Of a stretch of DNA of 44,119 nt, positions 34,436 through 44,119 are shown one piece after another; position 1 is the stretch's first letter; the number at the start of each line of letters is the position of its first letter. Source of the DNA: a virus (taxonomy: Duplodnaviria; Caudoviricetes); IMG/VR virus record IMGVR_UViG_3300021961_006887, positions 1 through 44,119 of that record. One strand, given 5' to 3'. A program made the translations under genes and the position numbers. Below the pieces are notes generated by a model. That model worked only from the letters and a program-made list of their open reading frames with translations. It ran no database searches and was not told the DNA's origin.

Positions 34436-37400
34436 TGGCATCTTACGCTTACGGAATTAGTCAAGTTAATCTTGATCCGAAAAAAAGGCAATTTACGGTA
34501 ACAGCGGACAAAAAAACCGCGAAAGCTGGTGATGTCATTACATTTAAAATCACTGCATCAAAGAAAGGGACTATCGAGACTGGATTTCCAGAGATTACTG
34601 CTAGACCATGGAAACTGTCTTCAAATTTTACCCCAGCAGATATTGTTGGTGGAAAAACAAGCGGTATCGCGTATTTTAAAGAGAATGGAAGTGGGTCGTT
34701 AGAAGCAAAGGTAGAAATAGGCATCTCTGACTATTTTGAAAGACCAGATCAGACTACTTTAAGATTTACTGTAATTGATGATACTTATACTGGAATTAGT
34801 ACGGTTTTAGAAAACTTTGGTTTGGGGTTCAAAGATGGTCCCCACGCAGACGTTAAGATTATAAGTGGCAATGATGAACTTGAGAAGATACGAAAAAGAC
34901 TCAAGGGTGAGAATAGAAAACAACTAAGAGAAGGAAAAGACGGTAAGTTAGTAAGACAGGACCCTATTGAGAGGGTTCGTGTTAGAGAGATTGGAAGAAG
35001 AGCACTTCCTAGTGGAACCAATGCATTGCCAGGATCAACTCCAAGGGCATTGCCACCAGCAATGAAACCGTTGCCTGGTCCTGGTATAAAACCAATCACA
35101 CCAGCAGCACCACCACCAATGTTGCCACCAGCAGCTCCAGTTGCTGCTAATAACATTGTTCCTTCTCCACGAGCATTGCCTGCAAGCAAGCAAATTATTG
35201 ATGTAACTCCAATTAGTAAAAGTGTAACACCAATTAGTCCAGCGGGAGGATCACTAGCAAAATCTGGAGTTGGTGCCGTAGATGATGTTGGTGGAGCACT
35301 AGCAAAAGCAGCTGGTGGAGGCGGTGGTGCCTTGAAAGGAGTTGGTGGTCTTGCTAGAGGTGCTGCTGGTCCTCTTCAAGGAGTATTTGCTGGAGCAGAC
35401 TTTGCAAATAGAATGGAGTCGGGGCAAAATGTTTTGCAGGCAGGATCTGGTGCAGCAGCAGGAGCTGCGGGTGGTATGGCTGGTGCTAGTGCGGGGATGG
35501 CTATAGGAGCAACTCTCGGATCCGTTGTTCCTTTCCTTGGAACTGCTATTGGTGGTGCCATTGGTTCTGCCCTTGGTGGAATGGCAGGATCTGCCTTGGC
35601 ATCTGGAGCAGCAGATGCCCTAACTGGAGCAAATAATCCAGAACCAGTTCCATTCAAGGAAGGCGGTACTATTATTCCTGGAATGGAGAATATGCCATTC
35701 AATGTTGGTGGAATGCCAGGTGTTTTCAATGAACCTGGAAATCCAGAAGTGATGAGTATTCAACCTCTGGATAAGATCAAGGAAGGTATGAATTCCTTCA
35801 AAGATATGTTTGGTGGAAAACCAAAAGAATATGAAGGACTCGCTGATGCAATCGCTGACGCTATGGAAGAGCGTGGAATTGGCGATCCATTCGGACTAAA
35901 GGGTGGTGGAAAGGGAAGAACTTTTGGTAATATGACTTCCGATTTAGCAAAGCATACAATGAAAGGATTGAAAGAAATCTTTGGTGGTGGTAATAATAAT
36001 GGCGGCGGTGGATATGGTGGTGGAGGTGGTGGTGTTGTTCCATCTACCACTAGTGTTTCTGGAGCGGCATCTGGAAATATGGTTAAGGGAGCTCAGATGA
36101 TTCAGAGTGCTGGTGTTCCTACAAAGGGTGCAGCATATCTTGCTGGCAACATTCAACAAGAATCGTCTTGGAATGGTCAGCGTGATTGGGGACAAGTTAA
36201 GGGAGATGGAACATCACGCAATGGAGGATTGGTATCTTGGGCATCATGGGCGAATGACCCTTCTCGCCTTGGTAAAATTGAAGGATATCTAGGCAAGAAC
36301 ATTAAGCAAGCATCTGACGGTGAGCAGATTAATGCAATGTTGTGGGAGATGAAGAAAGATTATCCAGGAGCATATAAAGTCTTCATGGATCCTAATGCTA
36401 CAGATGCTCAACTAGTAAAAGCATCTAAAGAATATTGGGGTTACGGTGAAGAAGGAAAAAGATACGAATATGCACAACAGGCATTGCAGAGTCTGCAGCA
36501 ATCTGGTGGGGCAATGGCATCTGCCCCAGGCGCTGCTCCTGCTGCTGGAACTCAAATGTCACCAGTATTCCAGAGACCTGGCGGTGGCACAACTGGTGGT
36601 GGATTCCAGCAAGTAAGTTATAGTCCAACTGGAGGTCAATCTCCTTATGGTGCTGGTGCTTCAAGTGGAGCAGCTCAACCTGCAATGCAAAGAAGTGGTA
36701 TTAGTCAGGCATCACTTCCTCCATTGCCACCAACTGATACACTTGGCGGTGGAGTTCAGAGATATGGTGCAAGTAGAGATAATGGAGCAAGAAAACATGC
36801 TGGTGTAGATTTTGACATTAGTGGAAACCAACAGTTCTACAGTAGAATTGGTGGAGTTGTTGATGGAACTCCATTTAGATATGGTGCTGATGGGTGGGCG
36901 ATCGACATATACAATCAGCAAATGGGCGTATATGAAAGAATTGCAGAAGCACAAAAAGTTTTAGTTAGACCAGGACAAACAGTTCAACCAGGGCAAGCTG
37001 TAGTTCAGGGAGAAAGCGGAACTGGTGTTATCCACTATGAAATCAGAAAGAAACCTGAAGGTGGATTTGAAAATAGTATGGATCCTATTGCATTCTTGAA
37101 TGGAACTGGATCCAATCCTACATTGTTAGCAGCGGGTCCTGGTGGTGGACCTGGCGGCGGTGGAGGTGGTGGAGAAACTGTAGATCCAGATGCTCCAACT
37201 GCAGCTGATGCAGAAGCATTCTTTGGATTTGCTGGAGCAGCGCAAGGTCTTGACATGAAATCTCCTCCTCAGATGTCAGCACCAGCATCTTCTGGAACAT
37301 CCCCAAATCAGTTATTGCAAACATCAGCACAGACGACGATTGCATCTAACTCAGGTGCTCCAGTAATTGTTAATGCTCCAACAACTAGCGTGTCTTCTAG

Positions 37401-37515
37401 TGATGGTGGCGGTGGAGGAGGAGATACAACTGCTCAACAACCAGGATCTACTATGTCAGATTCTGGATTGCTGGCATTTGTCGCAAATCAACAACTAATG
37501 ACTTTGGGAGCTTGA
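34435..37515 (+). CDS. Tape-measure-like tail protein with Ig-like N-terminus, glycine zipper, phage tail lysozyme-like domain and M23 peptidase domain
   Basis: GAAYLAGNIQQES (lysozyme-2-like); RKHAGVD and IHYE (M23 Zn ligands); Gly-zipper region; position after gp26/gp51. Confidence 0.75.
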   Translation: MASYAYGISQVNLDPKKRQFTVTADKKTAKAGDVITFKITASKKGTIETGFPEITARPWKLSSNFTPADIVGGKTSGIAYFKENGSGSLEAKVEIGISDYFERPDQTTLRFTVIDDTYTGISTVLENFGLGFKDGPHADVKIISGNDELEKIRKRLKGENRKQLREGKDGKLVRQDPIERVRVREIGRRALPSGTNALPGSTPRALPPAMKPLPGPGIKPITPAAPPPMLPPAAPVAANNIVPSPRALPASKQIIDVTPISKSVTPISPAGGSLAKSGVGAVDDVGGALAKAAGGGGGALKGVGGLARGAAGPLQGVFAGADFANRMESGQNVLQAGSGAAAGAAGGMAGASAGMAIGATLGSVVPFLGTAIGGAIGSALGGMAGSALASGAADALTGANNPEPVPFKEGGTIIPGMENMPFNVGGMPGVFNEPGNPEVMSIQPLDKIKEGMNSFKDMFGGKPKEYEGLADAIADAMEERGIGDPFGLKGGGKGRTFGNMTSDLAKHTMKGLKEIFGGGNNNGGGGYGGGGGGVVPSTTSVSGAASGNMVKGAQMIQSAGVPTKGAAYLAGNIQQESSWNGQRDWGQVKGDGTSRNGGLVSWASWANDPSRLGKIEGYLGKNIKQASDGEQINAMLWEMKKDYPGAYKVFMDPNATDAQLVKASKEYWGYGEEGKRYEYAQQALQSLQQSGGAMASAPGAAPAAGTQMSPVFQRPGGGTTGGGFQQVSYSPTGGQSPYGAGASSGAAQPAMQRSGISQASLPPLPPTDTLGGGVQRYGASRDNGARKHAGVDFDISGNQQFYSRIGGVVDGTPFRYGADGWAIDIYNQQMGVYERIAEAQKVLVRPGQTVQPGQAVVQGESGTGVIHYEIRKKPEGGFENSMDPIAFLNGTGSNPTLLAAGPGGGPGGGGGGGETVDPDAPTAADAEAFFGFAGAAQGLDMKSPPQMSAPASSGTSPNQLLQTSAQTTIASNSGAPVIVNAPTTSVSSSDGGGGGGDTTAQQPGSTMSDSGLLAFVANQQLMTLGA

Positions 37516-37516
37516 T

Positions 37517-38932
37517 ATGTCTGAATTGCAATCACCAAAGGATTTTATCCTAAAGAAAGCAAATTTGTATTTTGCTGGTTCTAGTAAACCATATGATATT
37601 TCTACGTTAGTATATTCATACAAGTATTTTGAAAGTATCACATCTCCAACAGTTGCTGCAACGTTGGTTCTTGCTGATAGTGCTGGATTATTGACTGGAA
37701 GCAAAGAACAAAAAAGACCACCACTTCAAGGCACAGAAAGGATTGAACTTATCATCCAACATTCTTATTCCGAAGAACCAATCGTGTATATTTTTCGCGT
37801 ATGGAAAATTGGTAATAGAGCATCAATGAATAAGACTCAGGTTTATACCTTAGGATTAATTTCTGAGGAAGGACTCGTTAATGAAGCATCTAGTATCTCT
37901 GTAACATTATCTGGAAAGAGCGAAGATATTATTCAAAAATCTATTCTAGAACAGGCTCTTAAAACAGAAAAAGCATTTGAGAAGGAGGCGAGTCTATTCG
38001 AACATAAAATTACCACAAGTAGAAATAGACCTTTTGATATTGCAGCAAAACTTGCACCTAAAACTGTGAGGGGACCCTCTGGCAGTGTCGGAACATCTAG
38101 AAATACTATGGCAACTAGTACAGAGAAAGTAGAAGGAACTGCTGGATTCTTTTTCTGGGAAACAAATAGGGGATATAACTTCTTTTCTGTAGATTATCTT
38201 TGTGACGTTGAAAACGATAAGGTCAAGACATGGGGACCATACGAAGAGCAAGTAGCAAACCTAAGTGATTCCGATGATGCTAGAAATCGTATAGAACAGG
38301 TTACCTTTTCGTCAGAATTGGACTTGATGAAGTCTTTAAGAAAGGGCAAATATGCTTCGGTCGTAGTATTCTTCAATCACTCAACAGGTCAATACGAAGA
38401 ATACGTTTATAGTCTAAAAGAATCATATGACAAGATGAAGCATCTTGGCGGTCAAGAAAAGATGGAAGATTTGCCAGTCACTCTACAACAATTATCAGAC
38501 TATCCTACAAGAGTGATGAGTATCTATCTGGATCATGAAAGTCACTACAGTAAGACTGGTATTGCTTCACCAGATGATACAGATGGGTCGAGTGATCCTT
38601 CCAAATTCTCTGATTGGCAAAAATATTATGCTACTCAATCATTAACGCGATATAGCATGATGCAGAATCAAACTGGAACTATTATTATCCCTGGTAATCC
38701 GTCTATGTGTGCTGGAGATAGAGTTGATATCAGAATTAGATCAAAGTTGTCGGATAAAGAAACAGAAAAACAACCATGGGATACAGAAACCAGTGGAATA
38801 TACTTGGTTCAAGAAGTAGTCCATAGATATGCTATGACAGAAGGTGCTAATGGTGTTGTTACAACAACTGTAAATATCATGAGAGATACTTTCGGAATGA
38901 AAGATGAAGGATCGTTGCGAGACAATCCCTGA
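37517..38932 (+). CDS. Baseplate hub protein (gp27-like)
   Basis: YFESITSP, GFFFWETNRGYNF, IPGN...AGD and SGIYLV...H motifs; synteny before gp5. Confidence 0.65.
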   Translation: MSELQSPKDFILKKANLYFAGSSKPYDISTLVYSYKYFESITSPTVAATLVLADSAGLLTGSKEQKRPPLQGTERIELIIQHSYSEEPIVYIFRVWKIGNRASMNKTQVYTLGLISEEGLVNEASSISVTLSGKSEDIIQKSILEQALKTEKAFEKEASLFEHKITTSRNRPFDIAAKLAPKTVRGPSGSVGTSRNTMATSTEKVEGTAGFFFWETNRGYNFFSVDYLCDVENDKVKTWGPYEEQVANLSDSDDARNRIEQVTFSSELDLMKSLRKGKYASVVVFFNHSTGQYEEYVYSLKESYDKMKHLGGQEKMEDLPVTLQQLSDYPTRVMSIYLDHESHYSKTGIASPDDTDGSSDPSKFSDWQKYYATQSLTRYSMMQNQTGTIIIPGNPSMCAGDRVDIRIRSKLSDKETEKQPWDTETSGIYLVQEVVHRYAMTEGANGVVTTTVNIMRDTFGMKDEGSLRDNP

Positions 38933-38969
38933 CGTAGTAGAATAAATAATGTATACGGAGGTAACTTTT

Positions 38970-39182
38970 ATGGAAAATATTGAAGCACATATTGAGGCAG
39001 ATAAGGAAGAACTGTCCAATCCAACCATTTCTGCTCAACGTCGTCGTCACATCGAAGGCGAACTGGAAGAACTAACAGCATATGCAGAGCGTCATCCAGA
39101 AGACTCTCATGATCCTACCCCACTAGAGTTATATTGTGACACACATCCAGATGCACTTGAGTGCAGAGTATATGACGATTAA
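38970..39182 (+). CDS. cp12: Calvin cycle inhibitor CP12
   Basis: C-terminal LELYCDTHPDALECRVYDD; GGAGG SD; late promoter at 38941. Confidence 0.95.
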   Translation: MENIEAHIEADKEELSNPTISAQRRRHIEGELEELTAYAERHPEDSHDPTPLELYCDTHPDALECRVYDD

Positions 39183-39187
39183 TTGAC

Positions 39188-42100
39188 ATGGATAATGCGT
39201 TTTCCAATTTAATCCCCCAATATCGTATTGGAAGAGACGGATTCAACTGGTGGATCGGTCAGGTAGAAAAAACTTCCCGAGGAGAAGAGGGAGTAAAGGG
39301 GGCAAATCGTTACAAGGTTCGTATTGTCGGGGAACACCTCAAAGATTGTGAGGTGGTTCCTACTGATGACTTGCCATGGGCTAGTGTAATGATGCCCGTT
39401 ACCGTACCATTTAATGTTGGTAACACTACTGGAGCGCATTCTCAACTCAAAGAAGGATCTTGGGTTATTGGTTTTTATCTAGATCCAGAAAAACAAAAAC
39501 CAATCATCATGGGATCAATTGGTATGACCCCAGGTGCGACAAAGGTTATTACTGAATATGATCCAGGAAAATGTAATTCATTTACAACATTTATTGATCC
39601 GAACATCAATATCGCTAAGGATGGTTTTCCGCCACCAGCAAATAAGAAAAGTGAGTCATCATCACAAACTGATAAGCAAGCACCAAAAAGAGAACCACAA
39701 CCAGCAACAGAATCTGGCATACAGACTGGAAAAGATATATTTGATCCAGAATTAGCGGCTAAGTTTAATTCTAACTTTAGAACAGATATTGATCTTGGTC
39801 TTAATATTGATAATAAGAAAATCTTCGGCAATGGTGGAGGAACGTTCGCGGCGTTTTCTACCAATAAAGAGGGATCTGAGTCTGTACAAAATATAACGGA
39901 GTTGGCATGGGGTTGTATTCAACCTCATGATCCACCAGTGCCATCCGCACAAATTTCTCCTCTGGCAAAAGATGGACAAGCATCTGAAGATTGGTGTCAG
40001 GAAGTAGCAAAAAAGTGTGGTCCCGAAGATATGAAGACCACAACAACTCGCATCATTGGAGAATTTTTAGCAGAGGTTCAACGAAATAATGGAAATATTG
40101 GAACATACTTGGTAAGTGAATCCACAGGAGCAATATATGATGGTGTATATGTGGCAAGAAGATATGTCAATAAGTTTATATTCGTTGTTAAACATTTTGT
40201 TGCCAAGGTAAAGGGATTTATTATAGAAAAACTGCAAGAAGGTGTCGATAAACTAATAAAGGCTTTACTAAAAGCGACAAAACTTGGAGATTCTTTAACA
40301 ACCGTTGTTGATTGGTTCAACAAGGTGTTGAAAGATCTCGGATGCCAGATGGCAGATATAACCGAAAGATTGGTTCAGTGGGTTACTGATCTTTTGATGG
40401 GATTACTTGAAGATGCATATAGAAGTGTTGCATGTTTAATTGATGGACTTGTTAATGGTATTCTTTCCAGATTGACACAACTCATGGAAAGTATTATTGA
40501 TTCAATACTTGGACCACTTGAAGCAATATTAGGACCAGCAGCACAAGCATTAAATTTGGTTGGTGGAGCGATTGCTAAAGTAATGGAATTCTTGGGAATC
40601 ACATGTAGTGGTCCAGAAGCAAAATGCAGCAAAGACGACTCTGAATGCACAAATGGAGCTCAGAAAGAAAAGAAAGGAGATTTCCTTGATGACATTCTGG
40701 ACATGATTGATAATCAATTGTTTCCAGATACAAGTGCGGATTATAATCAATATACTTGCGATGAAGCATACGATGGTAAACCACTGGAAACAACCACCGT
40801 TGGATTCAGGGGAGGTACAATTGATACTAATAAAACAAAACCAGGACAGGGCAACTTTACTAACAATAGCTTCTTCAATGTAATTAATTACTCGATTAGT
40901 GATGTTACTGTTGTAGAAGGATCTCCTGCTATATTCACAATTAAGAGATCTGGGTATGTTGATGTCGCATCATCTATAACCTTTAAAACTATTAGTGGAA
41001 CAGCACAATCGGATATCGATTTTATTAAAGTCGATGATATTGTTGGATTTGCCCCAAATGAAACTGAAAAGATCTATGCAGTTAAAACAATCAATGATGG
41101 TAATGATGATGAATCTGACGAAAACTTTTATGTAAAAATCGGATTGAACAGTCCGAAGTTAGATAGCGGCATTAAAACTACATTCGAGGCAAAAGGAGCC
41201 ACATGTACAATTAGTCCTTACGTTAAAGATTCTGTAGATAAGTACAATCCATATAAAGAATTTACTTATACTCCAAAGATAATTGATGACGCACTTACTG
41301 CTGAAATCGAGGAAGTATTTGGCGAGGAGCAAACCACTGAATTCAATGAGAGTCCATCAGCCGCTGGAAAATCACAAATACCACAATATTCAGTTACAGC
41401 AGATAGAACAATTGCTGAAGCAGGAGATTTTATTGTTTATACAATTACAACCAAGAATGTAGATGATGGAACTGTAGAGGGATATATTTTATCACCAAAC
41501 TTCAATCCATCCGATATTGTCGGTAAGAAAACATCATCGACATTCGTTATCAATAACAGTAAAGCCACGGTAACAATCGGAATCGAGGATGGTTATACTT
41601 CAGATACTGATGAGATATTGAGATTCAATGTTTCATCAACGTCTGCGTTTGCTGATGTTTTAATTAGTTCTACTTTAGATCCAAATGATGATATCTTTGA
41701 AGGAAGTTCTGGCGAACCACCTGTATTCACTCCATTTGCACCACCAACTGTAAATCCAGATGAGATTATTACTGATGATAGTGGTAAGATTATAGAAATT
41801 CCTGTGGAAAATCCTGGGGGACCATATATAGAACCTCCTTTTGTGTTTATTGGTGGCGAAGGAATTGGTGCCTCAGCAATTGCTCTTTTAGATAATGATG
41901 GATTTGTCAGTGAATTGAGAGTTACATCTGGTGGATATGGATATAAGAAGAACCTTCCAGCAGACAATGGAAGAAGGTGTATAATTGATACATTTACTTT
42001 AATTCGTCCAGGTGCTGGTTATACCAGTGCGCCAAAGATTTATGTTAATAGTGATCCAAATATTGCCGAAGCCATAATCAACGAGAAGGGTTATGTCATA

Positions 42101-42277
42101 GGTGCAAGAGTATTAAATAGACAGGCAACGTTCGATGAGATTCCAGAAGTGATTATTATTGGTGGTAACGGTTATGGTGCAAAATTAATACCTTCTTTGG
42201 CATGTCTGCCAGAAAGTGGATTGGTTGATCTTGGTGCTACTAAGATTGGCACTGGTAAGTATATTGATTGTCCGTAA
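39188..42277 (+). CDS. gp5: Baseplate hub/spike protein gp5, N-terminal part (OB fold, helical region, Calx-beta/Ig-like domains)
   Basis: WWIGQVE, RYKVRIVG, LPWA and VIGFYLD..KQKPIIMG; Calx-beta-like ISDVTVVEG...FAPNETEK...DENFYV. Confidence 0.8.
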   Translation: MDNAFSNLIPQYRIGRDGFNWWIGQVEKTSRGEEGVKGANRYKVRIVGEHLKDCEVVPTDDLPWASVMMPVTVPFNVGNTTGAHSQLKEGSWVIGFYLDPEKQKPIIMGSIGMTPGATKVITEYDPGKCNSFTTFIDPNINIAKDGFPPPANKKSESSSQTDKQAPKREPQPATESGIQTGKDIFDPELAAKFNSNFRTDIDLGLNIDNKKIFGNGGGTFAAFSTNKEGSESVQNITELAWGCIQPHDPPVPSAQISPLAKDGQASEDWCQEVAKKCGPEDMKTTTTRIIGEFLAEVQRNNGNIGTYLVSESTGAIYDGVYVARRYVNKFIFVVKHFVAKVKGFIIEKLQEGVDKLIKALLKATKLGDSLTTVVDWFNKVLKDLGCQMADITERLVQWVTDLLMGLLEDAYRSVACLIDGLVNGILSRLTQLMESIIDSILGPLEAILGPAAQALNLVGGAIAKVMEFLGITCSGPEAKCSKDDSECTNGAQKEKKGDFLDDILDMIDNQLFPDTSADYNQYTCDEAYDGKPLETTTVGFRGGTIDTNKTKPGQGNFTNNSFFNVINYSISDVTVVEGSPAIFTIKRSGYVDVASSITFKTISGTAQSDIDFIKVDDIVGFAPNETEKIYAVKTINDGNDDESDENFYVKIGLNSPKLDSGIKTTFEAKGATCTISPYVKDSVDKYNPYKEFTYTPKIIDDALTAEIEEVFGEEQTTEFNESPSAAGKSQIPQYSVTADRTIAEAGDFIVYTITTKNVDDGTVEGYILSPNFNPSDIVGKKTSSTFVINNSKATVTIGIEDGYTSDTDEILRFNVSSTSAFADVLISSTLDPNDDIFEGSSGEPPVFTPFAPPTVNPDEIITDDSGKIIEIPVENPGGPYIEPPFVFIGGEGIGASAIALLDNDGFVSELRVTSGGYGYKKNLPADNGRRCIIDTFTLIRPGAGYTSAPKIYVNSDPNIAEAIINEKGYVIGARVLNRQATFDEIPEVIIIGGNGYGAKLIPSLACLPESGLVDLGATKIGTGKYIDCP

Positions 42278-42287
42278 GGGGGTTTAA

Positions 42288-43328
42288 ATGGCAAAGAGTA
42301 GTTCTTTTAATACAACTGCGGATTATTTAAATAGTACAGCAGCATATAATGTTAAGGCTCCAGAAAAGAAACCAGAGAAGATTGCTTCACCAAAAACTCC
42401 TGATGAATCTCAATCTTTAAAGGATTGTATTGATTTTAATTCCGTTTTCAAAATAGATGGAGCACACATCTACACTAGGACTCTGCCAGGAGAAAATGGA
42501 CAAAAAACATTAAGAATAGATGGTCCATCTGATAGCGCACTTGCTTTAGATTCTCTCGGAACAGTTAGGATTATTACTGGTCAGCGTGATCCAAATAGGG
42601 GTGCAGCAAGCGGTAAGTTGCTGATCAAAACAAACGGACAGCAGCAATTACACCAAGAACCATCAATTATTCAATATAATGCTGGTGGGGAAAATAAAGA
42701 AGCATGGAACGTTCTTGCATATGGAAACGTTATTCATGAAGCAAGAGGATCCGAATACACTATTCGAGCACAAAAAATTACTCTAATTGCTGATGAAGAA
42801 TTGAGTCTTATCGGACATGGTGGAGTAAAAATTCAAGCAGGACAAAGTGGAAAGGGACCTATTGATATTGTTGGCGGAACAATAACACAAACATCAACGA
42901 ATGAAAAGAAAGTAGTTAGTGGACAACAGACCACTGAAGTAGCAGAGCAAACAACAACTCAATATGATCCTAGAGCATCAACTAATTTTATCAGTCCTGG
43001 AAGCATAAATCACAAGGTATTGGGTGATTTTAGCGTTGAAGTTGGTGGTGTTTATCACACAGATGTAGCAGGAAAATCATTTGGGGGCGACTCTTTGGTT
43101 GATGGTGGAAGAGAATCCTCATATAGAGTTCAAACTGCTGCTGGTGATAGTCAAATGTCTAGCCCAGCAACAAATGTCAATATTGATGGTATTGCCGTTT
43201 CGGTAAATGCCAGCGAAGGATTTAACGTCACTGCTGGAGCAAATGTTGATATTACTGCTGCAGCAGAAGTAAATATCACTGGCACAGGAAACGTTACTAT
43301 TAAAGGTGCATTAATATATCTTAACTGA
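42288..43328 (+). CDS. gp5 C-terminal beta-helix spike-like protein
   Basis: Eight-residue beta-helix repeats ending VTIKGALIYLN. Confidence 0.7.
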   Translation: MAKSSSFNTTADYLNSTAAYNVKAPEKKPEKIASPKTPDESQSLKDCIDFNSVFKIDGAHIYTRTLPGENGQKTLRIDGPSDSALALDSLGTVRIITGQRDPNRGAASGKLLIKTNGQQQLHQEPSIIQYNAGGENKEAWNVLAYGNVIHEARGSEYTIRAQKITLIADEELSLIGHGGVKIQAGQSGKGPIDIVGGTITQTSTNEKKVVSGQQTTEVAEQTTTQYDPRASTNFISPGSINHKVLGDFSVEVGGVYHTDVAGKSFGGDSLVDGGRESSYRVQTAAGDSQMSSPATNVNIDGIAVSVNASEGFNVTAGANVDITAAAEVNITGTGNVTIKGALIYLN

Positions 43329-43367
43329 TTGATCGGAAATCCGAATACAAAACTGGCACATGGGGTC

Positions 43368-43396
43368 TTGTTTTCGGCAAGGAACTCTGCTATATT
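43368..43396 (+). promoter_or_regulatory. Sigma70-type promoter
   Basis: TTGTTT, 17 bp spacer, TATATT with TG extension; upstream CTGGCACA motif. Confidence 0.6.
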
Positions 43397-43524
43397 ACTT
43401 GTATGGAAATGAGGGAAGCGCCTCAACTACTCGCGCTGATCACTTCCTACAATTCAAGCGGTCGAAGTCGAACCGACCCAACATCTGCGGGTAATCATTC
43501 CGCAAGTAAATTAGAGGTATAAAC

Positions 43525-43884
43525 ATGCTTAAGTCCACTATCGCAGCTCTTGCTGCTGCTCCCCTTTTCGCTGGCGCTGCGTTCGCTGGTCCTTATGTCA
43601 ACGTTGAAGGCAACGCTGGCGTTGTTGGTTCTGATTACGTTGGTACTCTCGTTGAGACCCACGTTGGTTATGAAGGTGCCCTGAGCGACACCGTGACTGG
43701 TTACATCCAAGCTGGTCCTGCTATCGGTCTGCCTGAGGGTGGCGATGCTGGTGTTGACGTTTCTGGTAAGGCAGGTCTTTCTGTCGCTGCTACCGATAAT
43801 CTCTCCATCTATGGTGAGTATTGGTTCCTGACTGGTGATGAACTCACCAGCAACATCAAGGCTGGCGTGAAGTACGCTTTCTGA
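43525..43884 (+). CDS. Small outer-membrane beta-barrel-like protein (AGPYV family)
   Basis: Signal peptide ending AAFA-GPYV; alternating beta strands; C-terminal GVKYAF beta-signal. Confidence 0.8.
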   Translation: MLKSTIAALAAAPLFAGAAFAGPYVNVEGNAGVVGSDYVGTLVETHVGYEGALSDTVTGYIQAGPAIGLPEGGDAGVDVSGKAGLSVAATDNLSIYGEYWFLTGDELTSNIKAGVKYAF

Positions 43885-43913
43885 TCATTAACTAAACCTT
43901 AACGACAAAATCC

Positions 43914-43948
43914 GAGACCTCTGCTAAAATGTAGAGGTCTCTTTTTTT
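43914..43948 (+). terminator. Intrinsic terminator
   Basis: GAGACCTCTGC/GTAGAGGTCTC followed by T7. Confidence 0.88.
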
Positions 43949-43977
43949 GAGACAAATAAACCCCGCATAAAATTTTT

Positions 43978-44119
43978 ATGAAAATCGCATTCGCTCTTGC
44001 TGCTCTTCCCCTGATGGCAGCTCCTGCCCTTGCTGGTCCTTACGTTGAAAGCAAAACTACTTCTGGTGTTGCTTTTGCCAACGGTGACAGCACTTACAAA
44101 GGTGCTCAAACCGAACTTC
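43978..44119 (+). CDS. Second AGPYV-family exported protein (3'-truncated)
   Basis: MKIAFALAALPLMAAPALA-GPYVESK; runs off the window end. Confidence 0.75.
   Translation, partial: MKIAFALAALPLMAAPALAGPYVESKTTSGVAFANGDSTYKGAQTEL

Noticed and set aside
35995-36035. GGT/GGC microsatellite-like runs (also ~37135-37175)
   Set aside because: These encode poly-Gly linkers in frame; nothing suggests a separate repeat function.

Overview
A 44 kb segment of a T4-like cyanomyovirus genome; the D1/D2 sequences point to a Synechococcus/Cyanobium-type host. From left to right it holds: a DUF401-like permease; a pseudoknot-rich wcaG/manA-type ncRNA followed by tRNA-Gly; late fibre/virion genes with an S8 protease; a convergent late cluster of membrane and exported proteins; a photosynthesis block (hli x2, petF, PhotoRC-II leader, psbA, psbD); glutaredoxin; a nitrogen-sensing cassette; thyX-phoH-exonuclease-gp33-gp32; the baseplate/tail block (gp53, gp48, gp2, gp4, tube initiator, gp26, gp51, tape-measure-like hydrolase, hub, cp12, split gp5); and two outer-membrane-protein-like genes. 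The top finding is at 24670-25177. A perfect NtcA palindrome sits in a repressor position ahead of a nested double glutamine (glnA-type) aptamer. That aptamer carries a 49-codon ORF inside one of its loops and leads into a DUF4278/IF17-like gene. Other highlights are a candidate -1 frameshift fusing gp26 to gp51, an RpaB/HLR1-like site over the hli start site, and a possible unrecognised lysis/envelope module. All family assignments come from motif recognition by eye; no searches were run.
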